Positions 18,378 through 27,142 of a stretch of 64,000 nucleotides of DNA are shown in pieces. The stretch is taken from positions 6,925-70,924 of the forward strand of contig QHSP01000041.1 of assembly GCA_003220495.1 (NCBI GenBank), given 5' to 3'. Origin of the DNA: Candidatus Rokuibacteriota bacterium (lineage in GTDB: Bacteria; Methylomirabilota; Methylomirabilia; Rokubacteriales; CSP1-6). The notes under the pieces are model-generated. The model was not told the origin of the DNA. It saw only the letters and a program-made list of their open reading frames with translations, and did not search any database. Within the stretch, counting starts at the first letter, position 1, and the number at the start of each line of letters is the position of its first letter. The position numbers were made by a program, and so were the translations under genes.

Positions 18378-19925
18378 ATGGGCCACTGGATCCCGGTCAC
18401 GTGGCTCAGCTTCGGCATCGACCACGCGCTCTGGGGGATGAACGCATTCGGCTATCACCTCACGAACATCCTGCTGCACGCCGCCAACGCCGCGCTCGTC
18501 TGCCTGCTGGCGCTTCGCCTGTTGCGGCTCGGCTTGACGACGGCGAGCCCGCGCGCGATCTCGCTCGGAGCCGTCGTGGCCGCACTGTTCTTCGCCGTCC
18601 ATCCGTTGCGAGTCGAGTCGGTCGCCTGGATCACCGAGCGGCGCGACGTGCTGTCGGCGCTGTTCTACCTCCTCACGGTGCTGGCATACCTGAAGGCGTG
18701 CGCGGCGGATGGCCCCTCGCGCAGGCGCTGGTATCTCGCGTCGATCGCCGCCTACGCGCTCGGGCTGCTCTCGAAGTCGCTGATCATGTCGCTCCCGTTC
18801 GTCCTGCTGGTGCTCGACGTCTACCCGTTGCGTCGAGCGCGCGCGAGCTGGCGGCGAGTCCTTCTCGAGAAGCTTCCGTATCTGCTCCTGGCGATCGCGG
18901 CCGCGGCGATCTCGCTGCTGGTCGTGATCGCCAAGGTCGGCCTTACCTCACCCTCGGCGTATCCGCCGACCGCACGCGCGGCGATGGCGCTCTACAGCCT
19001 CGTCTTCTACCTCTGGAAGACGCTCGTGCCGCTGCTGCTGTCGCCGATGTACGAGCTGCCCGCCCGGGTCGAGCTGACGAGCCTCCGGTTCCTGGCCCCC
19101 GCGGTCTTCGCCGTCGGGCTGACGGTCGGACTCCTGCTCGCGCGGCGGTCGTGGCCGGCGGCGCTGGCCGTGTGGCTCGTCTACGGGCTCACGCTCGCGC
19201 CCGTCAGCGGCATCGTTCACAACGGCCCCCAGCTCGTCGCCGATCGCTACAGCTATCTCTCGTGCCTCGGCATCGCGGTCCTCGTGGGGGCGGGGATCGC
19301 CGCCACGGTCTCGAGCGCGGCGGTGACGGGGCCCGTGCGCGCGGGGGCCGTCCTCGCCGGCTTCGCCTGGATCGTCGGGCTCGCGGCCCTGACCTTCCAG
19401 CAGCTGCCGGTCTGGCGCGACGCCGACGAGATCTGGCGCCGCGGCCTGGACGTCGACCCCGACTGCGCCTTCTGCCACGGGCAGACGGGCGCGCTCGCCG
19501 GCAACCGTGGCGACCTCGGCTCCGCCATCGCTCACTTCGAGCGCGTCGTGGCGCTCCGGCCGGGCAACGTCCACCACCGGAGAAACCTTGGGCTGGCGTT
19601 GCTCAAGGCAGGACGGCCGGCCGAAGCCACCGCGCAGTTCGAGCGGATCCTCGCCAGGGAGCCGACCGACGCCGAGACGCGGACTCGGCTCGGGCTCGCG
19701 CTCGCGAAGCAAGGCAAGCTCGGCGAGGCTAGTCGCGAGTTCGAGCGCGCCAGCCGGGACGATCCGCGTCACGTCGGCGCGTTGACGCAGCTCGGTGTTT
19801 CGTTGATCGAGCTCGGTCGTTCTGCCGAGGCCATTCCGTATCTCGAGAAGGCAGTGAGCCTGGACCCGGCGTCGGGCCTCGCGCGGGGGGCGCTGGCGCG
19901 GGCGCGAAGTGCGCCCGCTCGCTGA
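18378..19925 (+). CDS. GT-C-type membrane glycosyltransferase-like protein with C-terminal TPR repeats (TMTC/PMT_2-like)
   Basis: Multi-TM N-half, and a C-terminal TPR half (AIAHFERVVALRPGNVHHRRNLGLALLKAGRPAEA...). Coordinates use the first canonical start. The frame is open from 18117 and encodes a further TM plus the ILWDDDRNFLNNP loop upstream, so the true start is probably earlier; see the findings. Confidence 0.75.
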   Translation: MGHWIPVTWLSFGIDHALWGMNAFGYHLTNILLHAANAALVCLLALRLLRLGLTTASPRAISLGAVVAALFFAVHPLRVESVAWITERRDVLSALFYLLTVLAYLKACAADGPSRRRWYLASIAAYALGLLSKSLIMSLPFVLLVLDVYPLRRARASWRRVLLEKLPYLLLAIAAAAISLLVVIAKVGLTSPSAYPPTARAAMALYSLVFYLWKTLVPLLLSPMYELPARVELTSLRFLAPAVFAVGLTVGLLLARRSWPAALAVWLVYGLTLAPVSGIVHNGPQLVADRYSYLSCLGIAVLVGAGIAATVSSAAVTGPVRAGAVLAGFAWIVGLAALTFQQLPVWRDADEIWRRGLDVDPDCAFCHGQTGALAGNRGDLGSAIAHFERVVALRPGNVHHRRNLGLALLKAGRPAEATAQFERILAREPTDAETRTRLGLALAKQGKLGEASREFERASRDDPRHVGALTQLGVSLIELGRSAEAIPYLEKAVSLDPASGLARGALARARSAPAR

Positions 19926-19991
19926 TCGCGCGGGCCTCGGCCGTATCGTCGCCGGCGGTTTCGGCTACGATGAGCTCCGCGGAGGGAAGGC

Positions 19992-20486
19992 ATGCCGAGC
20001 ATCGACGAGTACGCACGCCGTCCGCGCGAGGAGCGGCTGGCGCGGATCGGGCGCACGCCCGATGAGCTGACCGACGTGGTGCAAGGTGCGGACGCGGCGC
20101 TCCTGGTCCGCCGCCCCGCTCCGAAGAGCTGGGCGCCGACCGAGGTGATCTGTCATCTGCGGGATAACGAAGAGTGGTTCCTCGAACGGATGCGATTCAT
20201 CGTGGCGATGGACCTGCCGCGGTTCGTCGCCACCAATCCCGATCGCTGGGCGGACGAGCGTCAGTACCTCACGAACGACGCCGCCGTCGCGCTCGCCGCG
20301 TTCGTCCGCAGGCGTCGCGAGACCCTCGAGTTCCTGCGGCAGCTCGAGCCCGACGCGTGGGCGCGCGCCGGAGTCCACGTCGATTCGCGGGGCCGGCGGA
20401 CGATCAACGAGTTCCTATCCGTGATGGCCTGGCACGACGACAACCACCTCGACCAGCTCAGACGCGCGCTGGACGGTCGGCCGTGA
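19992..20486 (+). CDS. DinB-family (DinB_2) metal-dependent protein
   Basis: 164 aa: WAPTEVICHLRDNEEWF...INEFLSVMAWHDDNHLDQL, the His triad pattern of the DinB/YfiT fold. Confidence 0.75.
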   Translation: MPSIDEYARRPREERLARIGRTPDELTDVVQGADAALLVRRPAPKSWAPTEVICHLRDNEEWFLERMRFIVAMDLPRFVATNPDRWADERQYLTNDAAVALAAFVRRRRETLEFLRQLEPDAWARAGVHVDSRGRRTINEFLSVMAWHDDNHLDQLRRALDGRP

Positions 20487-21633
20487 GGGCTTCCCGCATC
20501 CGATCGAGCGCCTTCGCGAGCATCGAGCGCGGGCAGCCGAAGTTGAGCCGGACATGTCCCGCGCCGCCCGGGCCGAAGAGGGCCCCATCGTGCAGGGCGA
20601 CGCGCGCCTTGTCCAGGAAGAAGGTGAACGGATCGCCCCCCGGAATCCTCGCGTTCCGGCAGTCGAGCCACGCCAGATACGTCGCTTCGGGCGGCGCGAC
20701 CACCACGCCGGGCATGTGCGTGCGTACGGACTCGATGACGAAGTCACGATTGGCCTCGAGATATCGCAGCAGCCCGTCGAGCCACGGCTGGCCGTCGCGG
20801 TACGCGGCGAAGGCGGCGGTATAGCCGAACACGTTCACCGTCTGGACGAGGTCGATGCGGCCGGCGATGAACTTCTCGCGCAGCGCGGCGCTCGGGATGA
20901 CCGCCACCGAGCACTTGAGCCCGGCCAGATTGAAGGTCTTGCTCGGCGCCATGAGCGTGATCGTCCGCTCGGCGATCTCCGGGTCGAGCGACGCGATCGG
21001 CGTGTGGCGATTGCCTCCGAGAGTCAGCTCGCAGTGGATCTCGTCGGCGACGATCCCGAGCCCGCGGCGCAGGCACACCTGGGCCAGGCTCGTCAGCTCG
21101 TCGCGCGTGAAGACGCGGCCGACCGGGTTGTGCGGGTTGCAGAGCAGGAAGAAGCGCGTCCGCTCGCGGATCCCTGCCGTGAAGGCGTCGATGTCGACGG
21201 CGTAGCGCCCGTCCGCCTGGCGCGCCAGCGGGGCCTCCTCGCGCGTCAGCCCGATGCTGCTGGCGGCGCGAAGGATCGGCGGGTAGACGGGTGTCTGGAG
21301 GATCAGCCCGTCCCCGGGCGCCGCGAGAATCCGGCCGGCCACGTTGAATCCAGGAATCACCCCCGGGATGAGCACCACCGCGTCCGGGGAGACGCGCCAG
21401 CCGTAGCGCTTCAGGAGCCGGTCGGCGAACAGCTCGTGGAACTCGGGCTGCTCGAGGGCCAGGTAGCCGAACACGCCGTGCTCGACCCGCTCGCGGAGCG
21501 CTCGGATCACCGGCTCGGGCGACTGGAAATCCATGTCCGCCACCCAGAGCGGCACGACGTCCGGACCGTACTTCTGCCACTTGGAGCTGTCGGTGTGTCG
21601 CCGGTCGACGAGACGATCGAAGTCGTAGGCCAT
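20458..21633 (-). CDS. PLP-dependent C-S lyase / aminotransferase class I-II (PatB/MalY-type cystathionine beta-lyase)
   Basis: MAYDFDRLVDRRHTDSSKWQKYG...VPLWVADMDFQSPEPV...LCNPHNPVGRVF...APSKTFNLAGL. The hallmark N-terminus and the PLP-Lys motif SKTFN. Confidence 0.85.
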   Translation of the reverse strand: MAYDFDRLVDRRHTDSSKWQKYGPDVVPLWVADMDFQSPEPVIRALRERVEHGVFGYLALEQPEFHELFADRLLKRYGWRVSPDAVVLIPGVIPGFNVAGRILAAPGDGLILQTPVYPPILRAASSIGLTREEAPLARQADGRYAVDIDAFTAGIRERTRFFLLCNPHNPVGRVFTRDELTSLAQVCLRRGLGIVADEIHCELTLGGNRHTPIASLDPEIAERTITLMAPSKTFNLAGLKCSVAVIPSAALREKFIAGRIDLVQTVNVFGYTAAFAAYRDGQPWLDGLLRYLEANRDFVIESVRTHMPGVVVAPPEATYLAWLDCRNARIPGGDPFTFFLDKARVALHDGALFGPGGAGHVRLNFGCPRSMLAKALDRMREALTADRPARV

Positions 21634-21666
21634 CGCGGTTCAAGTTATCATGCTCCGGCCAAAGGC

Positions 21667-21724
21667 AGTGCGCGCCGCAGGCCGTCGCGGGGCTGGGGCC
21701 CCGCCGGCCGAGGCGCGCTTATTA
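21667..21724 (+). repeat. Single copy of the REP-like hairpin element
   Basis: AGTGCGCGCCGCAGGCCGTCGCGGGGCTGGGGCCCCGCCGGCCGAGGCGCGC followed by TTATTA (the same tail as copy 1 at 11467). Intergenic between the C-S lyase and panE-like genes. Confidence 0.75.
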
Positions 21725-21738
21725 TCGGGAGGGGACCC

Positions 21739-22779
21739 ATGGCGATGCGGATCGGAATCATCGGGGCCGGAGCCATCGGAAGCGTCGTCGGCGGCATGCT
21801 GACCAAGGCCGGGCATGACGTGACCTTGATCGATCAGTGGCCGGAGCACATCGAGACGATGCGGAAGAGCGGCCTGCGCCTCAGCGGGACATGCGGGGAC
21901 CACACGATCCGCGTCAAGGCGCTCCACATCTACGAAGCGCAGGCCATCAGCGAGCCGTTCGACGCGGTCTTCATCTCGGTCAAGTCGTACGACACCGAGT
22001 GGGCCACGTCGCTCGGCATCCAGTACCTCAAGAAGCCGAACGGCGTGGTGGTCGACTTCCAGAACGGGATCAACGACGAGCGCGTTGCCGCGATCGCCGG
22101 GCGCGAGCGCACGCTCGGCAGCGTGATCACGATCGGCGCCGGGATGTACGAGCCGGGCCACGCGATGCGCACCGACACGGGGGCGATCGGATTCAAGATC
22201 GGCGAGCTCGACGGCAAGGACACCGAGCGCGCCCGCGAGCTGGCCAAGATCATGAGCGACGTCGCGGTGACGAAGGTGACGACGAACCTGTTCGGCGAGC
22301 GGTGGTCGAAGCTGACCGTGAACTGCATGGCGAATCCGCTGGCCGGGCTCTCCGGTCTCGGGACCGCCGAGGTGCGCACTCGTCCGGAGCCGCGGCTGAT
22401 CGCGATCTACGTGGGCGGCGAAGTCGTGAAGGTCGGACGGGCCTGCGGCTACGAGGTCGAGCCGATCTACGGCATCGCGTCGCAGCGGTTCGTCGACGCG
22501 TACGAAGGCCGCGGGCTCGCCGAGGTCGAGGCGGACGTCGCCGCGGAAGGCGCGCGCCGGGGCGGCGGACGGCCCTCGCTGCTTCAGGACGTGATGCGCG
22601 GACGCCGAACGGAGATCGACTACCTGAACGGCTACGTCTGCGACCAGGGGCGTCGCCGCGGCGTCAAGACGCCGGTCAACGACGCCGTCGTCGAGGCCGT
22701 TCGCAGCTACGGCGTCGGCCAGCTCAAGCCCGACCCGAAGAACCTGGAGCCGATCCTGAAGGCCCTGCCGAAGCGATAG
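21739..22779 (+). CDS. 2-dehydropantoate 2-reductase family (ApbA/PanE) oxidoreductase
   Basis: Start at ATG 21739 after GGGAGGGGA: MAMRIGIIGAGAIGSVVGGML (Rossmann GxGxxG)...NGI...WSKLTVNCMANP...SLLQDVMRGRRTEIDYLNG. The track ORF from 20554 is an antisense-derived N-extension. Confidence 0.8.
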   Translation: MAMRIGIIGAGAIGSVVGGMLTKAGHDVTLIDQWPEHIETMRKSGLRLSGTCGDHTIRVKALHIYEAQAISEPFDAVFISVKSYDTEWATSLGIQYLKKPNGVVVDFQNGINDERVAAIAGRERTLGSVITIGAGMYEPGHAMRTDTGAIGFKIGELDGKDTERARELAKIMSDVAVTKVTTNLFGERWSKLTVNCMANPLAGLSGLGTAEVRTRPEPRLIAIYVGGEVVKVGRACGYEVEPIYGIASQRFVDAYEGRGLAEVEADVAAEGARRGGGRPSLLQDVMRGRRTEIDYLNGYVCDQGRRRGVKTPVNDAVVEAVRSYGVGQLKPDPKNLEPILKALPKR

Positions 22780-22843
22780 TCAGCGGCGCGGCGCCGGCGG
22801 CGGATCACGTCGTCGGCGCCGACGGCACGTTCAGACGGCGACT

Positions 22844-23029
22844 TCAGCCGACGAAGCCGGTCGGTGACACTGCGATCGACGGAAAAGCGACGAGAACCTG
22901 CCGATCCGCCGTGACGAACGGCACCCGCAGATCTTGCGCGAGCGCGACGCACTCACAGTCGTAGGCGGAGCACCTGGAGCGGATCGCCAGCCCAAGCATC
23001 TGCTGCGAAGTCACGCTGTGAGGACTCGG
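22844..23029 (-). pseudogene. C-terminal remnant of a PIN-domain (VapC-type) toxin
   Basis: Own translation: ..SVTSQQMLGLAIRSRCSAYDCECVALAQDLRVPFVTADRQVLVAFPSIAVSPTGFVG*. This matches the VapC C-terminal block (..YDAxYVALAxxLgvPLvTaDrxl). It is only 61 codons between stops, with no N-terminal PIN half and no antitoxin upstream. Confidence 0.4.
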
Positions 23030-23130
23030 TCAGTGAGGCGCGACCGTGCGGGCTTCTGTCGAATCTCCCGTACGCGTGCGAGGAGCGAGTCCGTGTCTGC
23101 CCACGTACCGGCCCGTCACCGACGAGCGAA

Positions 23131-24177
23131 TCAGAAGATGAACACGCCCTTGCCGGTCGTCTGCGTGTCGAAGAGCCGGTAGGCCTCGTCCGCCTGCTCC
23201 AGGCGGAACCGATGCGTGAGCAGACGCCCCAGCGCCACGCGCCGGTCAGCGATGAAGCGGGCGCACTCCGCCTGGCCCACGCTCGAGAAGGTCCACGAGG
23301 CGTGGATCGTGAGCTGCCGGCGGATCATGTCCTGGCTGACGTCGAAGGTCGTCGGGTTGCCCTCGCCGACGAACGCGACACGGCCCCAGGTGGCGGCGCT
23401 CCGGACCGCGGCCACGCGCGCGTCGGGATTGCCGGTGCAGTCCATCGCGGTCTCGACGCCCTCGCCGTGCGTGAGCTCGCGCAGCGCCGCGACCGGATCC
23501 GTCTGCCTCGCGTTGACGACCGCCTCGGCGCCGAATTCCCGGGCGAGCGCCAGCCGCTCGGGAGCGACGTCGACCGCGATCACGCGCGCGCCCATCGCGC
23601 GGCCGAGCATCGTGGCGCTGAGCCCAACCGGGCCCTGGCCGAAGACCGCGAGCGTATCGCGGCCGGAGACGTCCAGACGCTTCAGCGCGCCGTAGGCGGT
23701 GCCGGTGCCGCAGGAGATCGCCGCGCCTTCCTCGAAGGAGAGCGAGTCGGGCAGAGGAACGAGCGTGTACGCGGGCACGGTCATATAGGCCGCGTGACCG
23801 CCGTGGCCCGTCATGCCGTAGACCACGATGCCCTGGCGGCAGAGCTGCGCCCAGCCGACCTTGCAGTGCTTGCAGCGCCCGCAGCCCTTGTAGTGGTGGA
23901 CCATCACGCGCTGCCCCGTCGGCGCGTCGGCTTCGCTGACGCCGGCGCCGCGCGCGGCAACCACGCCGCACGGCTCGTGGCCGGCGACGACGGGCCCGCC
24001 GCCTCCACCGAGGCCGAGCGCCGCGGCCGCGTTGCCGACGGCGCGGTAGGGATGGAGATCGCTCCCGCACATCCCCGAAGCTTTCATGGCGACGACGACC
24101 TCGCCGGGGCCCGGCGTCGGGTCAGGGTATTCACGCAGCTCGAGCTTGCGGCCACCGAGGAAAACTACGCCACGCAT
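23131..24177 (-). CDS. Zn-dependent medium-chain alcohol dehydrogenase family protein
   Basis: 348 aa: GEVVVAMKASGMCGSDLH...GHEPCGVV...C..C..C......C structural Zn motif (CGRCKHCKVGWAQLC)...VFGQGPVGL. Confidence 0.85.
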   Translation of the reverse strand: MRGVVFLGGRKLELREYPDPTPGPGEVVVAMKASGMCGSDLHPYRAVGNAAAALGLGGGGGPVVAGHEPCGVVAARGAGVSEADAPTGQRVMVHHYKGCGRCKHCKVGWAQLCRQGIVVYGMTGHGGHAAYMTVPAYTLVPLPDSLSFEEGAAISCGTGTAYGALKRLDVSGRDTLAVFGQGPVGLSATMLGRAMGARVIAVDVAPERLALAREFGAEAVVNARQTDPVAALRELTHGEGVETAMDCTGNPDARVAAVRSAATWGRVAFVGEGNPTTFDVSQDMIRRQLTIHASWTFSSVGQAECARFIADRRVALGRLLTHRFRLEQADEAYRLFDTQTTGKGVFIF

Positions 24178-24236
24178 ATCCAGAACCTCCTGAAGTGCTT
24201 GAAGTTACAGCGGCACATGTGGCGATCAGAGGTCGC

Positions 24237-25697
24237 TCATGGCTCGACCTGTTGTGACCTCCAGCCCAGCTGCCGATTCAGCTGCCCGGCGGCACGGTAT
24301 GCTGCACGCCCGATGATGCCCGCGTACGTCGGAAACGAGAGAGGAATCTGTGCGAGCTCCTCGACCTTCAGTCCGGCGGCGATCGCGATCGCCACGACCT
24401 GCACGATCTCGACCGCTCGCTCGCCGACGACATGGCAGCCCAGGATAGTCGCCGTCGCCCGGTCGGCGATCAGCTTGCAGAATCCGCTGGTCCGACCGTC
24501 GACAATCGTGCGCGTCGTCTCGTCGAAGTGCACAACGGCCACGACCACGTCGTGGGCTTTCCGGGCCTGCGCTTCGGTCAGGCCGACCTGGGCATACTCT
24601 GGATCGGTGAAGCTGCCGACCGGACTCACCTCGTCCCCCCGCGCCGTCGTGGCGCCCTGCACGGCGTTGGTCCCCGCGACGAACCCGTCGTTGATCGCCT
24701 GAGGCACGAGCATCAAGCGCCCAGTTATGTCGCCCGCTGCGAAGATATGCGGTGCGGAAGTACGGAGGTACGGATCGACTCGGACGAAGCCTCGAACCGA
24801 GGTCTCGACACCTGCCGCCGCCAGGTTCAATTCGGCGGTGTCGGCTGCCCAGCCGACCGCCACCACCGCAAGCGCAGCCTCTGCGCTGTGCCGGTCACCG
24901 TTCTTTGAGAAGATCATTCGCACGCCGCCGGGCATCGTTTCGAACGATTCGATGGTCCCGAAGCTCTCGCGCACCACGATACCCGCCGCGCGGAACGCCG
25001 CCGCCACGGCAGCCGACACGTCTTCATCCTCGGTGGGCAAGATGCGAGGCCCGCTCTGGAATAGCTCGACCTTCGAGCCGAAGGCGTTGAAAATCGAGGC
25101 GACTTGCACTCCGGTCGCGCCTGCGCCGACGACCAGCATCGATGGCGGGACCGTGCTTAAGCTCCAGGCCTCGCTATGTGTGGCGGTCAGCTCGGCGCCG
25201 GGCACTGTGAGCCGCCGGCTCATGCCGCCGGCGCACAGGATGATCCGGTCGGCCTGGAGCCGTAGTCCGCTGTCGGTTGCGACGGTATGAGGGTCGACGA
25301 ACCGCGCCTTGCCGGCGTCCTCGCAGAGTCTCACACCGAGGCGGTCGATGTGCTCGCGCAGCGTCGAATGTCGGCGCACGTCATTGACGACCGCGCGCAC
25401 GCGCGCAAGGAGCCGTGGATACTCCAGGACGGGGTCGGTCACGGCGATGCCATACTGACCGAGTTGGCGAGCCTCGCGAAGGAGCCTGGCCGCGTGGGCG
25501 AGCGTCCTCACCGGTACCGGTCCGTCATTCGCCGCCATGCCGCCGAACTTGGCCCGCGTCACGAGAACCGTCCGCGCGCCCAACTCTGCGGCGCGCAGCG
25601 CCGCGAGCACGCCCGCAGGTCCCGCACCGACGACGACGACGTCCATCATGCTCCTCCGTGTTGCGGCGATCGCTTCGCTGCGTGTCCAGGGAGTCAT
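24237..25697 (-). CDS. Class-I pyridine-nucleotide-disulfide-oxidoreductase-fold flavoprotein lacking the redox disulfide (LpdA/Rv3303c-like)
   Basis: Start taken at ATG 25697 (MTPW..; the alternative MMDVVVVGAGPAG lies 17 codons in). FAD motif DVVVVGAGPAG, NAD motif MLVVGAGATG, and a dimerisation domain. The CxxxxC region reads GGMAANDGPVPVRT and the C-terminal HPTxxE reads FPTYAG. The track N-extension to 26051 overlaps the porin gene. Confidence 0.8.
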   Translation of the reverse strand: MTPWTRSEAIAATRRSMMDVVVVGAGPAGVLAALRAAELGARTVLVTRAKFGGMAANDGPVPVRTLAHAARLLREARQLGQYGIAVTDPVLEYPRLLARVRAVVNDVRRHSTLREHIDRLGVRLCEDAGKARFVDPHTVATDSGLRLQADRIILCAGGMSRRLTVPGAELTATHSEAWSLSTVPPSMLVVGAGATGVQVASIFNAFGSKVELFQSGPRILPTEDEDVSAAVAAAFRAAGIVVRESFGTIESFETMPGGVRMIFSKNGDRHSAEAALAVVAVGWAADTAELNLAAAGVETSVRGFVRVDPYLRTSAPHIFAAGDITGRLMLVPQAINDGFVAGTNAVQGATTARGDEVSPVGSFTDPEYAQVGLTEAQARKAHDVVVAVVHFDETTRTIVDGRTSGFCKLIADRATATILGCHVVGERAVEIVQVVAIAIAAGLKVEELAQIPLSFPTYAGIIGRAAYRAAGQLNRQLGWRSQQVEP

Positions 25698-25713
25698 CGG
25701 CCCGGCGACCGCG

Positions 25714-27072
25714 CTAGTCTCCCGGTTTGCCGCGCGCGGGCCCCAGAATGTTCCATTCCCAGTTGAGGATGACGTGGATCTGGCGGGCGAGCCGCTGGCC
25801 GTCTCCCTGGTCGTAGAGCGAGGCACGCACCGTGAGAGCGAGGCCCCTGAGGACAGTGGGCCCGAGCCAGGGAGGGCGATAGTCGATCTTGAGATTGAAC
25901 TCGTTCTGGTTCGGTGCTCCCATATGTGTCTTGGGATCGGTGGCGTCTGTCCCCCTCGCGAAGTTGAAGTTGCCGACCAGCCCAAACAGCCCCAGCGCCG
26001 AGAAGTCGTAGGCCGCCCCGATGAGCCATCCTTTCTCGTTCGCACGGGCAAAGTTCTGAGAGGCTGGCGCGTCGATCAGGGCCAGAAAGCCCGGATAGGT
26101 CCCCCACGGGTTCTGGATCGTGTTGCCCGCGCCGGTAATCGAGAACGCCCCGGTGAGCGTCAGAGGCCGGTAGATCAGCTGAACGCGCGCCCCGCCGACC
26201 TGAGTGGCCCAGTTCCTGACAGCCGCTCCTGCCGCGAGGGCGGCACCCACGGCGCGCTGGTCGGTGAATTCCGCGCCGAAGCCGAGGGCCCACTCGTCGG
26301 TAAGCGGGTACCGGGAATCCACCTTCGCATACACGGTATTGAAGGTATCGACGCCATATTGATCGCTGACATCGATGTAAAGTCCAGGCCACGGTCTCAG
26401 CTGGACTCCGAGCGATCCGACCCCTCCGTTGCTGCCCTTTGCACCGGCTTGCTCAGCCATGCTGACGAAAGTGTCCGCGTTCCGCGGCTTGATCTTCCAG
26501 AGGTATCCAGCGAGGTACTGGACGACATCCATCTTGCCTCCGACGGTTACTCCTTCGAAGGTGTAAGGGGTCATCCGAATATCCGAAGGGTTGATGTAGC
26601 CCTGGTCGACCTGCTGGCGGTAGCCCTTCAGGACCGCATAATCGTCGTATCGGAGCGCCGCCCACGCTTCACCCGGCACGTAGTAGCCCTTCTGCCCCGG
26701 CGCGAGAAGCAGAGTGCCGTCCTTATCCGCCGGCGCATATAACGGCGCGGAACCGTAGAGCGTCGCGCCCATCGCGAACGTATCGAAGAGCCACCCCGAT
26801 CGGTAGCTGAGCCACCCACCGCCTGCCCATGCCTCGTTCTCGGCGCCCGTGCTCTGGGTGCCGTCGAAGTAGAACGTTCGCAGATGCAGGGTCAGCGTGG
26901 TGTCCCTCACGAAGGCCGCCACGGGCCCCGTTTCTACGGCAGGCTCGTGAGAGGACTCGTCCTGCGAGGGCGCAGGTGATGGCGCCGTTGTTTCGGCACT
27001 GGCGCCAGTGAGATTGAGCCCGACGATCAGGGCAAGAGCGACCAGCCCCGTACGCGACCACCACGATGGCAT
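25714..27072 (-). CDS. OprD-family outer-membrane porin
   Basis: 452 aa with a signal peptide (GLVALALIVGLNLTGASA), then FVRDTTLTLHLRTFYFDG....GGWLSYRSGW.., alternating beta-strand pattern and the aromatic C-terminal strand region typical of OprD-like porins. Confidence 0.7.
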   Translation of the reverse strand: MPSWWSRTGLVALALIVGLNLTGASAETTAPSPAPSQDESSHEPAVETGPVAAFVRDTTLTLHLRTFYFDGTQSTGAENEAWAGGGWLSYRSGWLFDTFAMGATLYGSAPLYAPADKDGTLLLAPGQKGYYVPGEAWAALRYDDYAVLKGYRQQVDQGYINPSDIRMTPYTFEGVTVGGKMDVVQYLAGYLWKIKPRNADTFVSMAEQAGAKGSNGGVGSLGVQLRPWPGLYIDVSDQYGVDTFNTVYAKVDSRYPLTDEWALGFGAEFTDQRAVGAALAAGAAVRNWATQVGGARVQLIYRPLTLTGAFSITGAGNTIQNPWGTYPGFLALIDAPASQNFARANEKGWLIGAAYDFSALGLFGLVGNFNFARGTDATDPKTHMGAPNQNEFNLKIDYRPPWLGPTVLRGLALTVRASLYDQGDGQRLARQIHVILNWEWNILGPARGKPGD

Positions 27073-27142
27073 CGCGGCGCGAGACCGATCTCACGTGCCG
27101 CGATCGGGGAGGGTACTCACGCGCCGCATCGACCTCCCGGGT

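Noticed and set aside
22707-23182. Track ORFs 22707..22952 (-) and 22934..23182 (+) in the panE-ADH gap.
   Set aside because: Both translations are Arg-rich low-complexity strings that overlap real gene ends. The only family-like signal in the gap is the VapC fragment, which lies in a different frame.
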